Below are positions 56,871 through 64,000 of a stretch of 64,000 bases of DNA, piece by piece. The DNA comes from Eledone cirrhosa (Eukaryota), in NCBI GenBank assembly GCA_964016885.1, contig OZ024742.1:357616001-357680000 (forward strand), in the 5' to 3' direction. The position numbers and the translations under genes are program-made. How positions within the stretch are numbered: the stretch's first letter is position 1; the number at the start of each line of letters is the position of its first letter. A model generated the notes under the pieces. It searched no databases. It was not told where the DNA came from and saw nothing but the letters and a program-made list of their open reading frames with translations.

Positions 56871-56918
<48 letters not shown>

Positions 56919-56919
56919 C

Positions 56920-56991
<72 letters not shown>

Positions 56992-56995
<4 letters not shown>

Positions 56996-58035
56996 ATACT
57001 TGGGGAGGGTCATATTTGTGTAATAATATTGCCAGAATTAATAACAGAACACACTCACTTTTTGGTTGGTTTTCGCTTCTGTGTCTTTTATATCAGTTAA
57101 TTTAATTTATTCGGTCCTCAATGTTGCCATTGCCTGACCAACGAGCAAAAATACAGATACAATATAGACAGAACCATATATATATAGTCTATCAAAGTTC
57201 TTCCGTTGCACATCTGCAACATCGTCAGTGTTGCTATTATGTTTCATCCCGTTGCATTCTATGCTTACGCCATCTTTATTTAGTCTGTTTATTTATTTAT
57301 TTATTTGTTTTTTTTTGTCTTTTCTGCGCATGCGTTTGCGTGTGTGTATAGTGTTTTGTTTGATGTGTGTTCTTTTTTGGGTGACTGTGTATTGGTTAAT
57401 GTATTCTATCTTAGTTTACTAGTGTGTGTTTATATGTGTTTGTTGTTATTGTGCTTGTGTATTTATTTATTTATTTATTTGTTTATTTATTTATTTATTT
57501 ATTTGTTTATTTATTTATTTATACTACTCTTAGGTCAGTGTTGTTTGTTTGGGTGTTGTTGTTATTCCATTCATTTTTTCTGTTTAGCCTTGGCCTTCTA
57601 AGTTCTATTTCGCTGGCCTCTATGATTTGCCAATTTGCTGGGTCATTTCTATGTTTAGATATTATTCTAACTTCTATGTTGTCTATGTTACCGTTGTGTT
57701 GTTGTCTGGCATGTTCGTATACTACTGAACCGTTTTTTCGTCCTTTTAGTTCCCCCCAGTGTTGATCTACCCTTTCACCTATGCTATCAGCTGTCTCGCC
57801 TATGTATGTTGTTGTCATGTTTCTGAAAGTACCCTCTGTACATCTTATGCTATAGACTATGTTTCTAGTTTTACAGTTTATCCGGGGGTTTACTCTACAT
57901 ATGATACATTTCCTATTAGTACAGTGGGTTTTCTTAAAAGGGTATGTTTTGCTGATCAGTGATTTTATGGTGGTTCCTGGCTTTTCTACCACCTTAATCT
58001 TTAAGTGGGTCTTTCTCAGAGCCTTTCTACACTGG
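56992..58035 (-). mobile_element. Penelope-like element 3' end (GIY-YIG + 3' UTR)
   Basis: CTNRKCIIC...NCKTRNIVYSIRC...YIGETADSIGERVDQH...IIEASEI...PRLNRKNEW; UTR ends gaccctcccaagtataa then (TA)n. Confidence 0.88.
57190..57225 (-). ncRNA. Degenerate hammerhead-like motif in a Penelope 3' region (related copies near 3528-3572 +, 4097-4140 -, 4288-4330 +)
   Basis: AACA-CUGACGA-U(GUUGCA gaug UGCAAC)-GGAAGAACUU^UG. The other copies read CUGAUGA...GAAAGAACUU^UGUU. No single copy is perfect. Confidence 0.5.
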
Positions 58036-59306
58036 TTAGTATATATCCAGCTCTTTCATTCAGAGTTCAAATCCCACTGAAGTACATTTTACTTTTCATC
58101 GTTCCAGTGTTCACAAAATAGCAGTTTGTGGTCCAAGGACATCAGAGTTCTTCATGGCAACTGATAGAAAAATGAAACAGATAGTCAAGTCCCAGTATTT
58201 GGCTTATAAAGGAAGAAACCTGCGTAAGATGGATTGGGTGATACAGTGGATGTGCCTGGCTGTTCTCCACAGCAATGCTTTCACTGCCTTGACTGCAAGA
58301 CAGGATTGGAGGGCTGGGGAACTTCAGGTTTGGAGAGGCCCTGCATAAACAAGAAATTAGAATACACAGCAAACCTTCCAATTTGACATATCAAAGTTAG
58401 TGTGGCACTAGTAATTGGAATTAAAAAATTATACATACATGGATTAAATTCAACAATTCTAACTATTCTAAAACTAAAATGCCCGATTGAGGGCACAAAT
58501 AAATTGCCCTCTTTGCCACCCCCATTACATCTGGCACTGCTGCGAGGTGCAGCTGAGATACTCTACCCAGCCTATAGTGTAAAGCTTGCCTCTTTCCTTC
58601 CCACTTCCTTTTTTGTGATCATTTTCATGATTTTCTTCTTCCCCCTGGTATTAAGGAGACAGTGAATGTTTATATTGAAAGAGGAAAATGAGGAAAAAAC
58701 TTTCAAAGTGAATCAAATATTGTAATATTGTCCCTCCTCTCAGGTCTCGAATAATCAGACCCCCCCCCCCCTCATCACTCTTATTCCAACATTCCTGCTT
58801 ATTACATTTTACTGATATGTCTCTAGCGTGTGTTTAAAGTGGTAGCATTGCTGCAACATCATTTTTTGAGACATTTAAAAAACATTATACATGACAAAAA
58901 AGTACATTACTAGAAATCCCATATGTTATAAAAAAAAAAATAGGATGGTTTGGGGTCTCAATATGTAAACTAAACAACTAATTCTGGTTTTTAAAATATC
59001 AAGGGACACAACCTAGAAAAATTAACGATTCCCCCACAAAGACACTCACGCACCTGCACTTATTCCATCTCCAACTGATCCGGTTGGATCCCCAAGCACG
59101 ACCGGCCAAGTTCATGGATGTTTTTCAACCATCTTGCCAGGGTCTATCCCTGAGTCTCATGCCGGTTCGTTTTGCTCATAAAAATCTGTCCAGTGATTCT
59201 TTCCTGGGACATTCTAACCACATGCCCATAGTATCAGAGGTGTGATCTCTCAAGTCAGCGAGGTAGCAGCTCTATCTGGAGTGACTTCATTGCCATTATC
59301 ATTATC

Positions 59307-59972
59307 ACGGGGACGATAAAATAAAGTACCAGTAATACACTGGGTAATTGCTGGCCTTCTGCCTAACGTAGAAACAATTATTATTAAGGGCAGTGGAGTG
59401 GCAATATCGGTAGAGGGTCGGGCGTCATGTTTTGCAGCATAGAGTTACGGCCTGAGTTCAAATCTCGCCGAGGTTAACTTTGCAGCATAGAGTTATGATC
59501 TGAGTTCAAATCTTTGCCAAGGTTAACTTTGCTTTTCATCCTTAGGAGGTCGCTAAAATAAAGTACCACGTGGGCACTGGGGTTGATTTAATCGACTTTC
59601 CCCTCCCCCAAAATTGCTGGCCTTCTGCCTATATAAGAAACCATTATCATTATTAATCCCATTGAGGGCGGTAGATTTGCAGTATCGGTAGAGGGTTGGA
59701 CGCCATGCTTTCCAGCATAGTTACGTCCCTTTACGATCTGAGTTCAAATCCCGCCGAGGTTGACTTTGCCTTTCATCCTTGCGGGGTCGATAAAATAAAG
59801 TACCAGTAATGCACTGGGTAATTGCTGGCCTTGTGCCTAAAGTAGAAACAATTATTAATCCCATTGAGGTTAACTTTGCCTTTCATCCTTACGGGTTCAA
59901 TAAAATAAAATACCAGTAATGCACTGGGTAATTGCTGGCCTTGTACCAAAAGTAGAAACATTATTATTATTA
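59307..59972 (+). mobile_element. Cluster of four nested/adjacent SINE A copies
   Basis: Youngest copy about 59667-59850 flanked by attattaatcccattgagg duplication. Confidence 0.88.
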
Positions 59973-61164
59973 TTTTTCTTTTCATCATAAGGAGGAATGC
60001 ATCGTACCTGAGCCAGGAGCCCCATAAGTTAGAGTGGCTGATACAGTGGCAATACTTTTGCCATCTTAAACCTTTGGCATTTAAACCCCCCATATCCAGG
60101 CAGAATTCTCTCACCTGTTTCTGTTCAAACCAGCTGATGTTAAGGTATTGTTCTCAAAATAAATAATATCAAAATCTCATAGATTTGATATTATATGAGA
60201 TAAAGCCTTTCCCATGAAAATATAATAGTATATATGGAGTAATGTAAATGGTAAAGGGTTAACTGTGGGGCAGAGCTGAGAAGCACCACCAATCCAGGAG
60301 TTTAAAATCTACTCTTCCCTTCCCCTTTTTCTCATTATTTAATAAATTTTCTTTTTACCTGTCTTCTTGATTATTATGTAAATATAATCACTATATTTTT
60401 ATCATCTCAAGAGAAACTTATTGAGGCATTTAATCATGATTATGAAGACATAAACAAACAAAATTGTCAAATTTGGTGCTAAATATTTTATCATCATCAT
60501 CAACTCTTGAAAACAAGTCGATGAATGAATGTATAAAACATATCAATAAATAAATATATTAATAAATAAATAAATAAAATGTATTAATAAATAGATAAAC
60601 AGATAAATAAATATATGAATAAATAAATAAACATAGATAATAAATAAATAGATAAAATATATTAATAAATAAATAAATAAATGTAATATAGGGTAAATGG
60701 ATCTTTGATTAAAGAATTAGTGAACTTCACCAATAAACTTAAATTACACATATCACCATACAAATAACATCAAATAATTTTTTCAAAATTATATTAACAA
60801 ATTTTATCATCGCTGACTTTCTCAAATTAATAAAATACTGTAAAATTGAGAGAATAAAGGATTTAAAGCATAAGAATATTTTTAAAATAATAAACCCGAG
60901 TTATAGATTTTAGTCTAAATTTCAATTATTATCTATTTTTAAAAGTACATTGACATGTGTTAAGCTAGGAAATAGTTGCAAATAATAAATTTAAATTCAT
61001 ATTTAATCTGAATTTTATTTGATAAATATATTTTGCTTTGCATTTAAGATGTGATATAAATAATTTCTAGATTTTTAGAATCTATTTATTAATAAATTAT
61101 GCATACCAAAAACATGTATGTGTAAATAAAGAACAGCAACAATGACAACGATAATAATAATAAT

Positions 61165-61492
61165 AATTGTTTCTACTTTTGGCACAAGGCCAGTAATTAC
61201 CCAGTGCATTACTGGTACTTTATTTTATCGACCCTGTAAGGATGAAAGGTAAAGTCAACCTCGGCGGGATTTGAACTCAGAATGGCAAGTAATAATAATA
61301 ATTGTTTCTACTTTTGGCACAAGGCCAGCAATTATCCCAGTGTATTACTGGTACTTTATTTTATTGACCCCGTAAGGATGAAAGGCAAAGTTAACCTTGG
61401 CGGGATTTGAACTCATACCATAAAGGGCCGTAAATCTTTGCTGCAAGGTATGACGTCCAACCCTCTACTGATACTGCCAATCCACCACCCTA
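61165..61492 (-). mobile_element. Two adjacent SINE A copies in (TAA)n
   Basis: Partial 61165-61285 and full 61300-61492. Confidence 0.88.
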
Positions 61493-61504
61493 GTAATAAT
61501 AATA

Positions 61505-61945
61505 ATAATAATGATTTCATTTATTGGCTACAAGGGCCGACATGTAGGGGACAATACAAAGAAAGGGACAGTGGGGGTTTACAATAAGGACGAGTAAAAG
61601 TGCACAATGGCAAGACTAATTTAACAATGAATATATACAAATATAAAATAAACTATGCATAAACATAACAAAATAAATTCCCTTATAGAGGGGGTGGACG
61701 ACCCAGGGGTGACTCAGGTATCCCACCAAACCTGAACCACCCTGAGTTTCTAGGGCACCCAGGGTGAGCACCCCTCTCCTCAAATTAGCTAGCTTATAGG
61801 CGCATGGTCAGAGTAGGCCCATTCACACGGGCCATTCTCGCCACATTCATCCACCTTTTAGCATTTCTCTCTCCACCCTCATCTTCCTTTCCAGGTGAAA
61901 CTTGAAGAAGTTGATGAGGGATTGGCCAAAGAGAAATGTGTATGT
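61505..61945 (-). mobile_element. Tx1/L1-like LINE 3' end
   Basis: Minus translation GQSLINFFKFHLERKMRVERE...KRWMNVARMA; AATAAA then (ATT)n tail. Confidence 0.55.
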
Positions 61946-61964
61946 TAATAATAATAATAATAAT

Positions 61965-62690
61965 AATATTAAGAAAGGCAGAATGATAAGCACAAACTCA
62001 ATGGAAATAGTGTTGAATACAATAATTAGGGAACTAGAACAAGAACAAGCCTTACAGATATCTAGAGATCAATGAAGGCCAAGGTATTCACTCCACCAGC
62101 ATGAAAGAGAGAATCAGGAAGGAATGTTAACGGAGAGTACGTGCTGTCATCAAAACAGAGCTTAACTGGAGAAATAAATTATCTGCCATAAATGCACTTG
62201 CAATCCCTGTTGTCAGCAACAGTTTCAATATTATAAATTGGAAAGTTAATGAAATTAAGAGAATGAAATTAAGTTAATGAAATTAAGAGAATGGATACAA
62301 AAACCAGGAAACCTTTGTCCACAGAAGATGTGGATCGCCTCTGTATCCCTAGACAAAATGGAGGTAGAGGAATGATCCAGCTACAGCTTTTATACAGGAT
62401 ATCGAACATTGGACTGAATCAATACCTTAAAGCCACAGATGAGCAGATCATGAAGGGAAGAAGAGGTTACATTTAGTCACAAAGCAAAGCAGGAAGTTTG
62501 CAGAAGAACTAGGATTACAGTTTAAAAATAATAATGGCTGCAAATAATATCAAAGTGTTAACAAAATATGAAGGCCAACAGAGACTGTGCACTAAATGGG
62601 AGCAAAAACCACTGCATGGGAAGTATGTTATCTGTAGAAAAGAACCGGATGTAGATCAAGCTCTCACCCATCAGTGGCTGTAGAGTTCTG
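61965..62690 (+). mobile_element. R4/Dong-like non-LTR retrotransposon RT fragment, degraded
   Basis: YRYL...ELNWRNKLSAINALAIPV...MDTKTRK...VDRLCIPRQNGGRGMIQL...WEQKPLHGKY...QWL; starts at a (TAA)n tract. Confidence 0.75.
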
Positions 62691-64000
62691 TGGACGATAA
62701 CAGCTTCTATTGTACCACTGAGGGTAGAAATAGGGCGCTTGTGGATGATAACAGCTTCTATTGTACCAGTGAGTGTAGAAATAGGGCGCTTGTGGTTGAT
62801 AACAGCTTCTATTGTACCAGTGAGGGTAGAAATAGGGCGGTTGTGGTTGATAACAGGTTCTATTGTACCACTGAGGGTAGAAATAGGGCTCTTGTGGATG
62901 ATAACAGCTTCTATTGTACCACTTAGGGTAGAAATAGGGCGCTTGTGGTTGATAACAGCTTCTATTGTACCACTGAGGGTAGAAATAGGGCGCTTGTGGT
63001 TGATAACAGCTTCTATTGTACCACTGAGGGTAGAAATAGGGCGCTTGTGGATGATAACAGCTTCTATTGTACCAGTGAGGGTAGAAATAGGGCGCTTGTG
63101 GATGATAACAGCTTCTATTTTACCAGTGAGGGTAGAAATAGGGCGCTTGTGGTTGATAACAGGTTCTATTGTACCACTGAGGGTAGAAATAGGGCGCTTG
63201 TGGTTGATAACAGCTTCTATTGTACCAGTGAGGGTAGAAATAGGGCGCTTGTGGATGATAACAGCTTCTATTGTACCACTGAGGGTAGAAATAGGGCGCT
63301 TGTGGTTGATAACAGCTTCTATTGTACCAGTGAGGGTAGAAATAGGGCCCTTGTGGTTGATAACAGCTTCTATTGTACCAGTGAGGGTAGAAATAGGGCG
63401 CTTGTGGTTGATAACAGCTTCTATTGTACCACTGAGGGTAGAAATAGGGCGCTTGTGGATGATAACAGCTTCTATTGTACCAGTGAGGGTAGAAATAGGG
63501 TCCTTGTGGTTGATAACAGCTTCTATTGTACCATGAGGGTAGAAATAGGGCGCTTGTGGTTGATAACAGGTTCTATTGTACCACTGAGGGTAGAAATAGG
63601 GCGCTTGTGGTTGATAACAGCTTCTATTGTCCCAGTGAGGGTAGAAATAGGGCGCTTGTGGATGATAACAGCTTCTATTGTACCAGTGAGGGTAGAAATA
63701 GGGTCCTTGTGGTTGATAACAGCTTCTATCGTACCATGAGGGTAGAAATAAGGCCCTTGTGGTTGATAACAGGTTCTATTGTACCACTGAGGGTAGAAAT
63801 AGGGCGCTTGTGGATGATAACAGCTTCTATTGTACCAGTGAGGGTAGAAATAGGGCGCTTGTGGATGATAACAGCTTCTATTGTACCACTGAGGGTAGAA
63901 ATAGGGCGCTTGTGGTTGATAACAGCTTCTATTGTACCAGTGAGGGTAGAAATAGGGCCCTTGTGGTTGATAACAGCTTCTATTGTACCAGTGAGGGTAG
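62690..64000. repeat. 51-bp minisatellite, about 25 copies, runs off the window
   Basis: Unit TGTGG[T/A]TGATAACAGCTTCTATTGTACCA[C/G]TGAGGGTAGAAATAGGGCGCT. Confidence 0.98.

Larger units (their letters stand above)
55274..56876 (+). mobile_element. Retrozyme-like array: four direct 310-bp non-coding units plus one inverted copy, each carrying a hammerhead ribozyme
   Basis: GTCCTGATGA recurs at 55781, 56091, 56401, 56711 (period 310). 55274-55636 is the reverse complement of about 1.2 units. Flanked by (TA)n on both sides. Only about 2 substitutions seen among units (56562, 56602). No credible ORF. Confidence 0.85.

Noticed and set aside
62690-63739. 264-265 aa repeat proteins
   Set aside because: Open frames result from a 51-bp unit divisible by 3; the array contains a stop and frameshifts.

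Overview
AT-rich eukaryotic (metazoan) DNA made almost entirely of transposable-element relics and tandem repeats. The SINE/RTE/microsatellite repertoire resembles octopus or another coleoid cephalopod (inference from recalled repeat families, not a database search). Contents: one near-full-length RTE LINE with an internal PHD-type finger plus truncated copies, a full-length but frameshifted Gypsy LTR element, a 2-kb non-coding LTR element with the same tRNA-Trp primer site, three Penelope-like (GIY-YIG) relics, CR1, Tx1-like and R4/Dong-like fragments, many tRNA-derived SINEs, hAT/piggyBac/Tc1-type MITEs, a 7.8-kb 31-bp satellite and a 51-bp minisatellite. No host gene is confidently identified; there are only weak exon candidates. 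The strongest signal is RNA structure: about 15 type I hammerhead-ribozyme motifs in at least 8 unrelated sequence contexts. They include a very young array of near-identical 310-bp non-coding units with one intact hammerhead each (4 direct + 1 inverted, 55274-56876), a candidate retrozyme/circular-RNA system probably parasitising Penelope-like elements.
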